Source: Octopus vulgaris (taxonomy: Eukaryota). From it: a stretch of DNA of 64,000 nucleotides. Below the pieces are notes generated by a model. The model did no database searches. It worked only from the letters and a program-made list of their open reading frames with translations, and was not told the DNA's origin. Within the stretch, counting starts at the first letter, position 1, and each line of letters begins with the position of its first letter. Of this stretch, positions 25,688 through 39,049 are shown one piece after another. Where the stretch lies: positions 8,556,001 through 8,620,000 of the forward strand of contig OX597831.1 of assembly GCA_951406725.2 (NCBI GenBank), written 5' to 3'. A program made the translations under genes and the position numbers.

Positions 25688-27218
25688 CTATGCACACACG
25701 CCATATATTTATATATATATGTGTGTGTGTGTAGGTATATGTATACACACACACACGCATACACACACACACATATATATATATACATATATATATATAA
25801 TGATACACTATTAGGTATGCATTTCCTAACAGTTGATGTCTGTAAGGATCTCTTCTTTTCGCAATCAACGATTGAAATTTCTTGATATTTCCATTTGTTA
25901 TTCCTACATCGTTCCCTTGCTCTGGGAGACTATGATGTACATCCAGATACATCATTCTCAACATTTTCTCTCATTTTCCCGCTCATTTCGTCGCACAGAG
26001 ATTATATTTCACACAGAATTTCTAAAAATTCACTCATATTATCTTCATAAACGGTTTCTTTATTCCGCTTGTTCATTCTGCCAACTGAAATTTCCTCTCC
26101 GATTCACTCTTTGCAATGGTCGGTAAAAGGATATTATGACACTACATTACATCCAGATACCACCATCATAAATCGTCTCAAAAGTTTTGTTTTTATTGTA
26201 TTACGTGTAGAGATAGATATTCAGAGCCATTGCTAATAATCTTCATTTCTGTTCTCGTCTCAGGTAGGCGATAAATCACACACAGATTAAGTTTCTTCAG
26301 CCATCACAGTCACATCATAAATCTAAAGCTTTGCCATACTGACTATCGTCTGCTTTATACAATTCTAGTATCACCTAATAAACTGAGAACACACAAGTTG
26401 GGATACAAACGGATAATCTTATCAAACTAGCCTCGTTCCAAACGTCACTTCGTCTCTCCAGTTCTCTTTACTTTCTTTTTTTTTTTTGCTTTTGTTCGTA
26501 TGAAATGATATGTTAATATTCGATTTCAATGATGGCTTTACAAAGTTTCATGAGCAAAGCATATCGTAATTCTTTCATTTGCGTAGCCAGTCTTTTCATC
26601 TTTTCATTTATGGTGTCATTTGCACCGCAAGAACCACCCACCACCATTACCATCAACAGACACCTCTACTAGCATTACTGTCGCAATTACATTTCCCGGT
26701 ACGGCGAGCTGAGATACAGACTAAACGAGGTAACTGCTAGTATGACTTGTGCTGCTGATTGAGACACGGTTGAATATAAATTAGTATCATTTTCCGGAAA
26801 TAATTGACCACCTAGTTATTAGTATAGAATTTCACAGGAAACAAAAAATCCCTCATTATTCATTAGATATATGAAAGAACTTTATATATCTAAGTCGGTT
26901 TAGTTTCTAACAAGAAAATATCAATATTTCTTTACTGAAATTGAATGCCAATATTTAAGAAGAAAGACGATACAAAAGGAAATAGAAAATTGATCAAAAT
27001 GATTTATCAACCGTTTATTCAAAAATCACTTTAATGTTAGGTTAGACATATCTTCCCTAAAGAAAAATATTAGAAATCAAAGACGAATTTCGATAGATGG
27101 AAAATAGTCTGTTAGGTCTTCTGGGGAACCTTTCATGTTTATTTTATGTTACCTTTTTTAATAGACACCTTTTAGATGCATGCACGCGCGCGAGCGCGCA
27201 GACAGACGCACACACACA

Positions 27219-27314
<96 letters not shown>

Positions 27315-27319
27315 GAGAT

Positions 27320-28128
27320 CTACCTTGTAACTTGTCCCATCTGTGTGCAGCCCTGTGTGGCCAATAAAGAAACTTATCTATCGAGAAGCGCTACCCGTTC
27401 GGGATAAGCTCTACAGGCATGGCTTGAGAAACACGGGGCCAACCTGTGGGCTTATGTCGAACGACTGCTATGGCGTGTGGAACGAGTCGGTTTATCAACA
27501 GAGTCTATCGTGAAAATTGCTCCGCCACCTTCCTTGAAACGAGAAGGAAGAGCCATTTTTATCGTATTTATGGCTATGGCGAAAGAATGTGTATGGTGGA
27601 CGCGTCTGAAAAGTGTAGAGACAAACACTTTCCTCTCTGGTCAATCTCTCATCAACTTCTTCAAGTATCACTTGAAGAGGAAGGTGAGACAAGAGAGGGA
27701 AGTTTTGTTTAGTGAATGTTTCAAAAGAAGATGGGTAAATGTAGCGACGATGGCACGTGTGAATGACGAAGCCAGTTTAAGCTTAATCTTCCCCCCCGCC
27801 CCCCCAAAAAAACGAAAGGAAAAAAGAGAGCCACTTACTGTAAATGTGTTTTCTTTTTGTATGACACTATTGCCCAATGTTCCCGTGGTGATTTCTGTAG
27901 GTTTTTCTATCGACGACAAACCTAATCTGTTTTCCCTTTTTACATTGACATTTAAGTGATACACGATCCCTATTGATCGTTCCCACGTTTTTTCCATGAT
28001 CCCTTTTGATCGAAATCCGACCCATTTTTTCCCCTTCTCTTGTTCCCCAAAAGAAAAGCTCTACATTGTATTTTTCCCCTTCTGTGTTTATCCCTGCATG
28101 GCCAATAAAGAAATCCATCTATCTATCT
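27320..28128 (+). mobile_element. L1/Tx1-like LINE 3' fragments in (TATC)n
   Basis: Homologous to the minus-strand copy (EALPVRDKL...; MAKECVWWTRL...FFKYHLKRKV). The tail GGCCAATAAAGAAA occurs twice (27359, 28100), each followed by TATC repeats. Confidence 0.8.
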
Positions 28129-28149
28129 AGCTAAGCTGAGTTGGGCTGG

Positions 28150-28990
28150 GCTGACTTTCTTTATTGGCCACAGAGGGGACAAATACAAATGAAAAAGGGA
28201 AAAAAGGAGAACATATGTAAAATTCCGATCAAAAGGGATCGTATATTGCAGAAGAAATTTATTTAAAAAATATCCGAAGCAAGATTAGGTTCACCCGTGG
28301 AAAGAAAAGCCTACGGAAAAGACCACGGTAACCTCAGGCAGGGAAGAATAAACACATGAGAGCAAAGTGCTCTCTCTCTCTCTTTACGATTTACAGGATC
28401 ATACTCAAAGTAGTTTCTTCGCTCGCACGCACCATCCTTGCTACATTCACCTACCTTTTTTTGAAACTTTCACGAGGCAAAACCTGCCTCTCCATGCTCA
28501 CCTTCCTTTACAAGTGGTACTTGAAAAAGTTGATGAGTAATTGGCCAGAGAGGTAAGTGTTTGTCTCTAATCCTTTCGCTCGAGTCCACCACACACATTC
28601 TTTCGCCATGGCCACGATGAAGACTGCCTTGCCTTTCCGGTTGAGGGGAAGGTGGCGGAGCAATTGTCACGATAGATTCGGCCGACAGGCGGACTCGTCC
28701 CACAGGTGACAGCAGCCGTTCGGCATAAGCCACAGGTCCGAAATGGTTGGACACTGCACGAGTGCATGCGGAGCAGTTTCGTCACTCTGACCGCATCTCG
28801 GGCAAGTCGGTCCGGTGTGTTTCGAACCGTGCCTGTAGAGCTTATCCCGAACAGGTAATGCTTCTCGATAGCACTGCCAGGCCAGGGATCTTTGGTGATT
28901 GTCCATGGGTCCCGGCCCAAAAGTTGTCCTGAACAGTGGGGTCAGCTGTTCCTCGTCGACGCCCAGTTGGAAACGTCTGAGCAGGTCTTT
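28150..28990 (-). pseudogene. L1/Tx1-like LINE 3' fragment with CCHC zinc knuckle
   Basis: ORF 28667-29086 contains LAWQCYREALPVRDKL...CPRCGQSDETAPHALVQCP...LW (zf-RVT type). Confidence 0.85.
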
Positions 28991-29763
28991 GAGGCATTTG
29001 CATTCCCTCCTATTACTATCTCTGCCCACGTAGTCTATTCCACTCAGTAGCCACATAGACTTTTGCACTAGAAATAAAAATCCCAAATTTCGTATATTCC
29101 CTTTCTATCAATGTAAAGACGGAATCTCTATACAAGAAAGAATCAACAAGGAGAGTTTTTTTATTGAAAAATTCCAAACGCTGGTTAATATGCAAACCGT
29201 ACGGTGACTGGATTCCTTTTTCTAGCATCCTGTTTGACAAAAAACAGATATAAGCATCCTGTATTGACAAAAAATCCAGCATTCCAATTAAAGAGTATAA
29301 AATCCACAGAATTGTCTCCCCTTATTCACAGGAACTGGATAACACCTGCTCCATTTCCTGTTTTGACACATAAACATCCAACCTTTTCAAACAAAACGCT
29401 ACACCAAAACATATGCATCCTAATCCTCCAAAGAAGATTTTCCATGGAATAATATTGAAATTTAAAAGCATAAAGACACTAGAACGTATTGGTATACTTA
29501 TTTATTAATTTTTGTATATATTTATTATTTCTTTGAAAAAACATTGTAAATTTTTTTTCCCCTTCCTCATCTTAAAATTTTTTCCCCTTTCAAATCTTGA
29601 AAATTTGCCTTGCATTCAAAGCCTGTTTGATTTCCTTTTTTAATTTTTTGTACACCTATTTATATTAAAATTTGGTTTCAGTTTAGCATTGTGCCTTATT
29701 ATTATTTTTTCCCCTCTCCTATCATTTCTTCACATGCGGTTAACACAACCCCACCATTTACTG

Positions 29764-30210
<447 letters not shown>

Positions 30211-30250
30211 CTCCTCCTTCTCTTCTTCCTCCTCCTCCTCCTCTTCCTCC

Positions 30251-30307
<57 letters not shown>

Positions 30308-30533
30308 TACGTATATATATGCACATATGCATTTTGGGTACTTCACCAGCAGTATATTGGATAACTGATATCCCATAGTGGGTTACACTCATAACCCCTA
30401 TCTCACTTTGTGCGTATAAATATATATACATACATACATATATATATACGTGTATATATATATATATATGTGTATATATATATACATATATTTATATATA
30501 TACGTGTATATATATATCTACATATATATATAC

Positions 30534-30566
<33 letters not shown>

Positions 30567-30627
30567 CGTGTATAGATATATATATATACGTGTATAGATA
30601 TATATACGTGTATATATACATATATAC

Positions 30628-30709
<82 letters not shown>

Positions 30710-31009
30710 TACGTGTATGGAATGATTGTCGTCATTTCTTTCTCTTTTACCTGCGTTGTTTGTATTTTAAGTGCTGTGGTTTTACTGAGATCTCTCTTTT
30801 AAGTAGAAAGAATAGCCATAACTCTTTGACTGCTATTTCTAAATTCGGTGTGTGGTGAGGCAAATCGTTGCTAAACCCTTAATTACTTAGTATTACTTAA
30901 ACCTTCCTCGAATGGGGCTTTTACATGCCGAAATCTACTTGGTGAAATTAATGATTACTCCAAATTAATTGATTTCACCCTATATTATTATTATATATAT
31001 ACATATATA

Positions 31010-31403
31010 GGCGCAGGCATGGCTGTGATAGGCGCAGGCGTGGCTGTGTGGTAAGTAGCTTGCTTACCGACCACATGGTTCAGGGTTTAGTCCCACTACG
31101 TGGCACCTTTGGCAAGTGTCTTCTACTATAGCCTCGGGCTGACAAAAGCCTTGTGAGTGGATATGGTAGACGGAAGCTGAAAGAAGCCCGTCGTTTATAT
31201 GTGTATATATGTATGTGTGTATGTGTTTGTCCTCCCAGCATCGATGCTGGTGTGTTTACGTCCCCGTAACTTAGCGGTTCGGCAAAGGAGACCGATAGAA
31301 TAAGTACTAGGCTTACAAACAATAAGTCCTGGGGTCGATTTGCCCGACTAAAGGTGGTGCTCTAGCATTACCACAGTCAAATGACTGAAACAAGTAAAAG
31401 AGA
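31010..31403 (+). mobile_element. SINE family A with duplicated 5' 20-mer
   Basis: ATAGGCGCAGGCRTGGCTGTG occurs twice, followed by the consensus body and tail. Confidence 0.9.
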
Positions 31404-31411
31404 ATATATAC

Positions 31412-31454
<43 letters not shown>

Positions 31455-32931
31455 CGTGGGGGTTATATACGAATATACACACATAGCTGTTATATACACG
31501 TATAAATATGTTTAGGCTCACATGAAATATGTCGTGCTTGCTTTGAGAAAATACGTTATAATATTTTCCCCGAAGTCACTAAATAATAAATATCAACAAC
31601 AATGGTAACAACCTCAACAACACCAGCAGCTATACGTACCATCACTTGTGCCATTAGTATTATTGAACAATAACAATAACAGGAACCAAAGAAAAAAACA
31701 ACAAACTTTACTAATAAATGAAAAGAAAGATACCTGAAGCAAAAAAAAAACAACCAAAAATATCCTCAAAGTGCAGCTATTGTATAAAAATGATGAATAA
31801 ACAGAATAATTGAAAGTGTAACAAAGCTTCTGTATTTTTGTATAGATTTTTGTGTTGGTTGTTCATTCTCTAGACTCGTTCAAATAACATTCTTATATTC
31901 TAGAATTAGTGTTATGGCGACTAATCAAACAGTGAAGTCGAGTGTTGCGTAAATGGCGGCTAGCGTGAATAAATATTATCTTTACCTATCAAAAATGTCA
32001 ATTGATTTTGTTCAGAGTTCTAGTGATGTCATAAAAAAGTTTTTAATCGTAAAATATATATTCCCTTACCTTGTTATTTTTTTTTAAGTAGAAACTCGCA
32101 TTAAAACAACATGTGTTATAGAATTCAGCTGCTAACATAGAACTATTGCGTAATAAACTTGTTTTAATATATAAAGTTTGGCGATATATATTGTTATAAT
32201 TCCTACTTTGGAGTCTGCGAGGAATCATCTCCCACCGCTTCAAAAGGAAACAACAACAACAACAACAACAACGACAGTACAAAACAAAAGGAAGGAAAAA
32301 AAAAAACCAACCAAAAACAATCATCTGCAGGAAAATTGTTCAGATTAATCTTAGAGAATGTCGTTGAAGATGTTCTGTAGTGAAATATCATTTGGACTAA
32401 AAGTGTTTTCAGTTCAATTCAGTTGAAAAGCGAAGCAATTTGATTAAATCTCAAATAAATTTGGAATCAAGGAAATGAGTCTCTGTGGTAATATATTCAA
32501 TAAAATGGCGAGTGTGCAAAATGTGTCAAGATAATGTAAGAGAAAACATCAATCAAATTCAGAAAGGAAGAACAAAATATGATATGTGAACAAAGCATGA
32601 CCAATTGAGAAGTGTATTTCATAAATTAAGTGAGACATTTAATATTATTTGACTAAGATATATTAAATTGTATGACCCAGAAGAATGGCTGACAAATAGA
32701 ATATTTTACGAGGCATACGCTACTATGATGATGTTCGCACTTTTCACAAAGTTTCCAGCAGAATTTATCTTTGAGTTAGAATAAAAAAATTCTCAGAATG
32801 CTGCTGCATCTAGTTGAGAATTAAGTTGGCTTATCACATAGTGACTCAATCTCAAAGACAACTTCAAAGATTGAAAGAGTATACAGTTTCTTTGGCTGAG
32901 TGCTATAAGGATATTATTATTATTATTATTG

Positions 32932-33115
32932 AGGCGGCGAGCTGGCAGAATCGCTAGAAGGCCGGTCGAAATGTTCTGAGTTCAAATTCCGTCGAAGTCG
33001 ACTTTGCTTTTCATCCTTTCGGGGTCGATAAATTAGATACAAGTGCCGTACTGGGGTCGATCTAATCAACTGGCCTCCACCCACCAAAATTTCAGGCCTT
33101 GTACCTATAGTAGAA

Positions 33116-33183
<68 letters not shown>
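32932..33183 (+). mobile_element. SINE family B with (ATT)n tail
   Basis: Flanked by (ATT)n on both sides. Confidence 0.85.
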
Positions 33184-33185
<2 letters not shown>

Positions 33186-34740
33186 GATAACTCACAGCTT
33201 ATTTTGCTGGGTATGATGGGAAGTGTCAGCTGCCCACAGCCAGCAGACTAAGGTGGCACTTGTTTTATTAGCCATACTTCAAGAACCCTGCGAAAAATTT
33301 TTGCAGTTCCAAGCAATAATGGAAAAAGAAATGTGTTCTACCTTCACATTTGTACCGATCTTTTTCAGTCATATTGGTGGTTGAGTGCTGATACTTACAA
33401 GTGCACCAATTACTATTGGTATCACGTCTACTCTCTTCATTGACCACAGCCTTCGTATTTCACACTTTGAATCATCATAACTGTTTATTTTTTTCTTCTT
33501 CTTTCACATTGATCCTATTGTCACTGGGGCAAGCTATGTCGATTATCATACATGTTCTTCCTTTTTTATTCACCACAACAATGTCCGGTTTCCGATGTAT
33601 GGTCAGGTGATCGCACTGGATCATTGCATCCCACCAGATTTTGCAATTCTCATTTTCAGTGACTCCTGGAGTTTGCTCATACTACGTCTTTGCTCTTTCT
33701 AGGACGTGATTTCCACAGAGTTCCCAATGAATCATTCTTGTCACATTGTCATGGCGTCTTTTGTATTCGCGTTGTGCCAATTTGGGGCATTCGCTAACGA
33801 TGTGCCATACCGTTTCACTCCTCTCACCACACATTCTGCATTTGTCACTATCGGTAGTGTTGTCAATTCTGCACTTCATATAATTAGTCCTTAATGCTTG
33901 TTCCTGAGCTGCGCACATGAGTGTTTCTGTCGCTATCTTCAGGTCACTCCTCCTCATCCATAGCCACCGGTCCTCTGCATCTGTCTTGGCGTTCACATCT
34001 CTTGCAAACTGACCGTACATTTTCTTTTCCTTCCAGGCTTCTTTTTTGTTCATTTCTTGTTTAAATTTTTCTTTAGTTACACAATTTTCAATTTTGATGA
34101 CGCCGGCCTTCATGTGTTTCAACAATGGCTCCACGGCATTTTTTATATACCACCCTAGGCTGTTTTCCTCTACTTCGATACAGTCCTGGCAACTGATGAA
34201 GCCTTTCCCACACTTCCTTATGGGCAAATACAACCTATCGGTGTCATTCTTATGGTGGATGGTTACGTGTACTGCCAACATTTTTCTAGTCTTCGTATCC
34301 ATTTTCTTCATTACTCTTTTTTGTCATTTTATAATTCCTGCTTCATACCGAAATAATGCTACCGCCCACGTATTAACTGCTTGGATTTCATTCCATCCAG
34401 CCAATTTTGAGCGCAACACCAACCTCAGTCTTCGGAAATACGCCTCCTCAGTTGCTTTTTCATTTCTTTTTCCATTATCTCGTTGAACTCTAGTACACCA
34501 AGGTATTTGTATCCTTCGTTTCAATTTGCTTAATCAAGTCTCTGTTCGGTGATTATATCTTTGCTTCTTTTTAGGTAGATTATACAGCACTTCTTGAGTC
34601 CAAGTTCCATTCTAATATCAGTACTAAAACATTGAACCGTGTTCACCAAGAGACTCACTTGTGTCGCATCTTTGTCATACAGTTTCAAATCATCCATGAA
34701 GAGGAGGTGGTTGATTGTTTAAGGTTTTTCCTTTAGTTGG
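33184..34740 (-). pseudogene. R4/Dong-like (RT + CCHC + RLE) non-LTR retrotransposon relic
   Basis: Minus strand: INHLLFMDDLKL (~34720-34680), CRMCGERSETVWHIVSECPKLAQREYKRRHDNV, and HRKPDIVVV...IIDIACP (RLE PD..D). Frameshifted. The 3' end abuts (TAA)n. Confidence 0.9.
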
Positions 34741-35266
34741 TATAAATTAAACTGAAATTTAGGACATTATTGTTTAAAAGGTTTATGAATTGAAGAGAAT
34801 CACTGTAACGAATCGTTTAAATTAAAAAAAAAACCCCAGTTAAAAACCAATTTTAGTTAATGAATATTAATAAAGACAATGGTAAGAAAAATGTATAGAT
34901 TTGACGTAGAGAGGGTCTCTTCCGCTCAGACTCTGTGAATTGAATAAAATCATCGAAATAAAACGTGATGAAGACTGAAAATTAATGGTTAATGTAATTA
35001 TTATTTTATAAGAAACAAATGTTAATTGAACAGAATCGATAAAGGTCGATTGAAAGCAAAATCAAAAAAAATGGACAGTAATTTGTATCGAAACAAAAAT
35101 TATTTGTTATTGGAACAAATTCGTCTGTCGGGTTATCGGTGGGAGAAAAGGAGTTTGGTATTTCGGGAGGAAAGAATTAGAGTTACTATTTATACCTCGG
35201 TCAGAGATTCATTATTGCTTATATATATATATATATATATATTGCTTATATATATATATATTATTG

Positions 35267-35316
<50 letters not shown>

Positions 35317-35318
<2 letters not shown>

Positions 35319-38200
35319 TGTACTACGGACCGACAGGAAAGAAAGGAGTCATGGAGGTGTTGCTATGTACATCCGTGAGGACCTCACACCCCAGGTCCTC
35401 TTGTCATACTCAAACTCGGTGTGTGACACACTAATTGTACATATTAAGCAACTTGATGTAGTTGTGTGTGCTACATATCGCCCTCCAGATGCCCCAAGCC
35501 ATGTGGGCAAGTTTGCCTTATAAAAATAGAAGAAATTCTAACCACATTAGAACAACACATAGGTGTGCTTCTTATGGGAGACTTCAATCTGCCCAATGTC
35601 AGATGGCCCGAGGGCCTTTCTCTCCCAGGAATGACAAGATGTGAACGAGGACAGGCGAGGTCCCTCCTGAACCTCATCAACACCCTGTACATGGAGCAGG
35701 TAATACTCCAACCAACCAGGGCAGGTAACACACTGGATCTCTGCTTCACAAATGACATGGATCTCATCCATAATGTGAAAGTGACACCGACACTACTCTC
35801 GGATCACAACATGATAGAGCTGACCATGTACGGGCCAAAAGAGAGCACGGACATGCAGCCTACAAGAAACCCTCCAAATCTTTCCAGCTTGAACTACCAT
35901 AAGGCAAACTGGAAACAAATTGAGAAAGAGATCCTCAAACAAAACTGGCCTAAATGTCTCTCCTCGCCAGACATCGACGTGAAACTTCAACAATTCATGT
36001 CTGTAATGCAAGCCATATGCTACAAATGTGTCCCAGAGAGAAAGGCCACTGTACACAAGAACAAAATCCCCAGAGAGAGGAAAATTTTAATGAGACGGCG
36101 TACGAAATTTTCAAATCGCCTAAACAAACAGATTGAAAGCAGTGAAAAATCCCGCCTAAAAATAAAACTGTTGGAAATCGAAAAATGTCTGCAACTCTCC
36201 CATGAAAAAGAAAGAGCAGACAAAGAAGCCTGGGCTATAGAAAACATAAAATCTAACCCCAGAGCTTTCTACAGGTATGCCAAAGAAACAGCTACAGTGC
36301 ACTGTAGAATAGGGCCACTCCTCGAAAAGGATGGCACACTTACAGGAAAACCAATGAGGGTAAGTGAAATACTGAATGAGCAATTCAAGAGTGTTTTCAC
36401 TCCACCCCTTGGGCATCTCCAAATCACCAATCCAACTGACTTTTTTACCACTGCAGATATAAAATCAGAGGCGGCGACGATAGATTACATCGATATAAAG
36501 GAAGACGATGTAACCAAGGCTATAGATGAAATGAAAACAGACTCAGCTACTGGCCCCGATGGATTCCCGGCAATCCTCCTAAAAGCATGTAAGAGAGTCC
36601 TAGCAAGACCACTGCAGTTCCTCTTTCAGAGCTTCCTTGCAGCTGGCAAACTTCCAGGAAAACTGAAGGAAGGTAAAATATGCCCCATTCATAAAGGAGG
36701 TAGCAGAGCGGAAGCCAAGAACTATAGACCTATCTCTCTGACCTCACACATCAGCAAGGTCATGGAACGAATAGTCAGAAGGAAGCTGATCACCTTCCTT
36801 GAAGAGAATGACTTGCTGCCCGACACCCAACATGGTTTCCGACCAGGGAGAAGCTGTTTAACTCAGCTCCTACAACACTATGACTGGGTGCTGAAACGGC
36901 TGCTCAACCACTCAAATGTGGAAGTGATATATCTCGACTTTGCAAAGGCCTTTGATAAAGTCGATCATGGAATGATATGTCACAAACTGCGTGATCTCAA
37001 CATAGTTGGAAAACTGGGAGAATGGCTTCATGACTTTCTGAAGGATAGAAGTCAGGTGGTAGTAGCCAATGGGGCCACCTCCATTAACACACAAATAGTG
37101 AGCGGTGTTCCGCAGGGCACTGTTCTGGGGCCACTACTGTTCATAATGGCCCTCTCAGACATGCCCTCAGCCACGCAGAGAGCCACGATCACAAGTTATG
37201 CAGACGATACAAAAGTTTCACAGGCAATACAGAACCCTGAGGACACTAAACACCTGCAATGTGAGCTGGACGAAATATACAAGTGGGCTAAAAACAATAG
37301 CATGCAGTTCAATGCTGGAAAGTTTCAAGCTTTATACTATCAGCATGCAAAACTGAATGCAATACCCAATGAATACACTGGACCCGGAGGGATTGCAATC
37401 CCAGAGGCACAATCAGTGCGTGACCTGGGTATTCACATGAGTGATGACGCGACCTTTCATGTACATGTTGCTAAACTGACAATGAAATGTAGACGGCTGG
37501 CTGGATGGATTCTTAGAACCTTTAGAACAAGAGAACAAGAAACCATGATGGTCCTCTGGAAGACACTTGTCCTAAGCCACTTTGACTATTGCTCTCAGCT
37601 ATGGTCACCATCCAGTGACAAGTTGATCACAGAACTTGAGGCGATCCAACGAAGCTACACAAAGAAGATAGCCTCTATGCAGAATGTAAGCTACTGGGAA
37701 AGACTCAAAAGATTAAAATTATATTCCCTGGAGCGTAGGCGGGAAAGATATGCCATAATATACATCTGGAAGATCCTGGAGGGAAGTGTCCTGAACTTTG
37801 GCATCGAGAGTTACGCAAATGCCAGAACTGGGCGCCACTGCGTGGTGCCTAGGACTCCAAACCTGCCATCAAGATGTAGGACAAGATACTGTGATAGCCT
37901 GGGCTTCCGAGGCCCACAGCTCTTCAATATCCTCCCGAAGAACCTGAGAGACCTGCATGGGGTGGATACAGATGTCTTTAAAATGAAGCTGGATCTCTTC
38001 CTGTCAGGTGTCCCAGATGAACCAACTTCACGGCAGGAGGGGCAGATGAGGGCAGCTGCATCGAACTCTCTCATGCACCAAATAGCAGTTGCTAGAAAGC
38101 CTCCATGAAGTGAAACCAAGTAGCAACACCAAATGGCGGTGCCCCAGCATGGCCACAGCTCATAGGCTGAAACTAGAATCAATCAATCAATCAATCAATC
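35317..38200 (+). mobile_element. 5'-truncated CR1/L2-group LINE inserted in (TA)n
   Basis: Starts mid-endonuclease right after (TA)n, has a short 3' UTR with stem-loops and an (AATC)n tail at 38177-38200, then (TA)n resumes. Confidence 0.92.
35466..38108 (+). CDS. LINE ORF2: APE endonuclease (C-terminal half) + reverse transcriptase
   Basis: GDFNLP, TLDLCFT, SDH (APE); NYRPISLTS, QHGFR, YLDFAKAFDKV, GVPQGTVLGPLLF, YADD, DLG (RT). Upstream APE motifs (GGVAMY, YRPP) are in another frame, indicating a frameshift near 35520. Confidence 0.95.
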   Translation: MCYISPSRCPKPCGQVCLIKIEEILTTLEQHIGVLLMGDFNLPNVRWPEGLSLPGMTRCERGQARSLLNLINTLYMEQVILQPTRAGNTLDLCFTNDMDLIHNVKVTPTLLSDHNMIELTMYGPKESTDMQPTRNPPNLSSLNYHKANWKQIEKEILKQNWPKCLSSPDIDVKLQQFMSVMQAICYKCVPERKATVHKNKIPRERKILMRRRTKFSNRLNKQIESSEKSRLKIKLLEIEKCLQLSHEKERADKEAWAIENIKSNPRAFYRYAKETATVHCRIGPLLEKDGTLTGKPMRVSEILNEQFKSVFTPPLGHLQITNPTDFFTTADIKSEAATIDYIDIKEDDVTKAIDEMKTDSATGPDGFPAILLKACKRVLARPLQFLFQSFLAAGKLPGKLKEGKICPIHKGGSRAEAKNYRPISLTSHISKVMERIVRRKLITFLEENDLLPDTQHGFRPGRSCLTQLLQHYDWVLKRLLNHSNVEVIYLDFAKAFDKVDHGMICHKLRDLNIVGKLGEWLHDFLKDRSQVVVANGATSINTQIVSGVPQGTVLGPLLFIMALSDMPSATQRATITSYADDTKVSQAIQNPEDTKHLQCELDEIYKWAKNNSMQFNAGKFQALYYQHAKLNAIPNEYTGPGGIAIPEAQSVRDLGIHMSDDATFHVHVAKLTMKCRRLAGWILRTFRTREQETMMVLWKTLVLSHFDYCSQLWSPSSDKLITELEAIQRSYTKKIASMQNVSYWERLKRLKLYSLERRRERYAIIYIWKILEGSVLNFGIESYANARTGRHCVVPRTPNLPSRCRTRYCDSLGFRGPQLFNILPKNLRDLHGVDTDVFKMKLDLFLSGVPDEPTSRQEGQMRAAASNSLMHQIAVARKPP

Positions 38201-38337
38201 ATATATATATATATAAGCAATAATGAATCTCTGACCGAGGTATAAACAGTAACTGTAATTCTTTCCTCCCGAAATACCAAACTCCTTTTCTCCCACCGAT
38301 AACCCGACAGACGAATATATATATACACACATCCACA

Positions 38338-38560
38338 TAAGGGAGTGCTGAAAGGTTCTTGGCTTTCGATGAAAGAAAATAGAGGAGGATCAGTTAATTA
38401 TGATTTTATTCGACATATTCCCCTTCCAAATTCATATACTTATTGCAGCGATCCTCCAATTATTTTTCTAAGTCCTGTAAATGAACTCGGAAGGTTGGGC
38501 CTTAAACCAAGCCTTTCCCGAAACCCTTAAACCCAGGAACTTTTCGGCATCTCCTCGTGT
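38338..38560 (-). mobile_element. mariner-type MITE (second copy 39245-39427 in opposite orientation)
   Basis: TIR-like ends AAGGGAGTGCTGAAAGGTTCTTGG / CCAGGAACTTTTCGGCATCTCCTCGT. Internal match AACTCGGAAGGTTGGGCCTT. Confidence 0.7.
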
Positions 38561-38651
38561 ATGTGTGTTTGCTGTATATGTATGCTACCCACCACCGCTT
38601 AACAACTGGTATTAGTTTGTTTATTCAAACGTGACAACAGTTTGGCATAAA

Positions 38652-39049
38652 TCTATATATATAAAAGTGAGGTTGTGTGCTGTCTGTCTCCTACGATTTA
38701 GATTCCTAACTACTCCCACATTTTGCGGTGCAGTTTAACCAAAAGCGGGTATCTTATAGTCGTGATTCATATCGAGCCCTTCTGGGTATTAGCGCGCGTC
38801 TATGATGAGTCTACGATTTAAAAAAAAATTACCATAATTTTTCCGTATTTTTAATGCATTTTCGCTCGGTTTATATAAGGGAAGTAACTCTCTAAAAATG
38901 TATTATTAAATCTCAGAACGTAAAAAGCTACAGTAACACCCCACTTTGTGGTTAGCCATATTGAGATGGCTGTTATACTTTACATCTCTAAAAATGCTTA
39001 TATAGTTATTTCCCTTACAAATCCGAGCAACGCCGGGCGATACTGCTAG
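38652..39049 (+). mobile_element. Non-autonomous Helitron inserted in a family A SINE
   Basis: A|TCTATATATATAAAAG ... CCGAGCAACGCCGGG hairpin ... CTAG|T. SINE sequence continues on both sides (~38570-38651 and 39050-39170). Confidence 0.9.
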
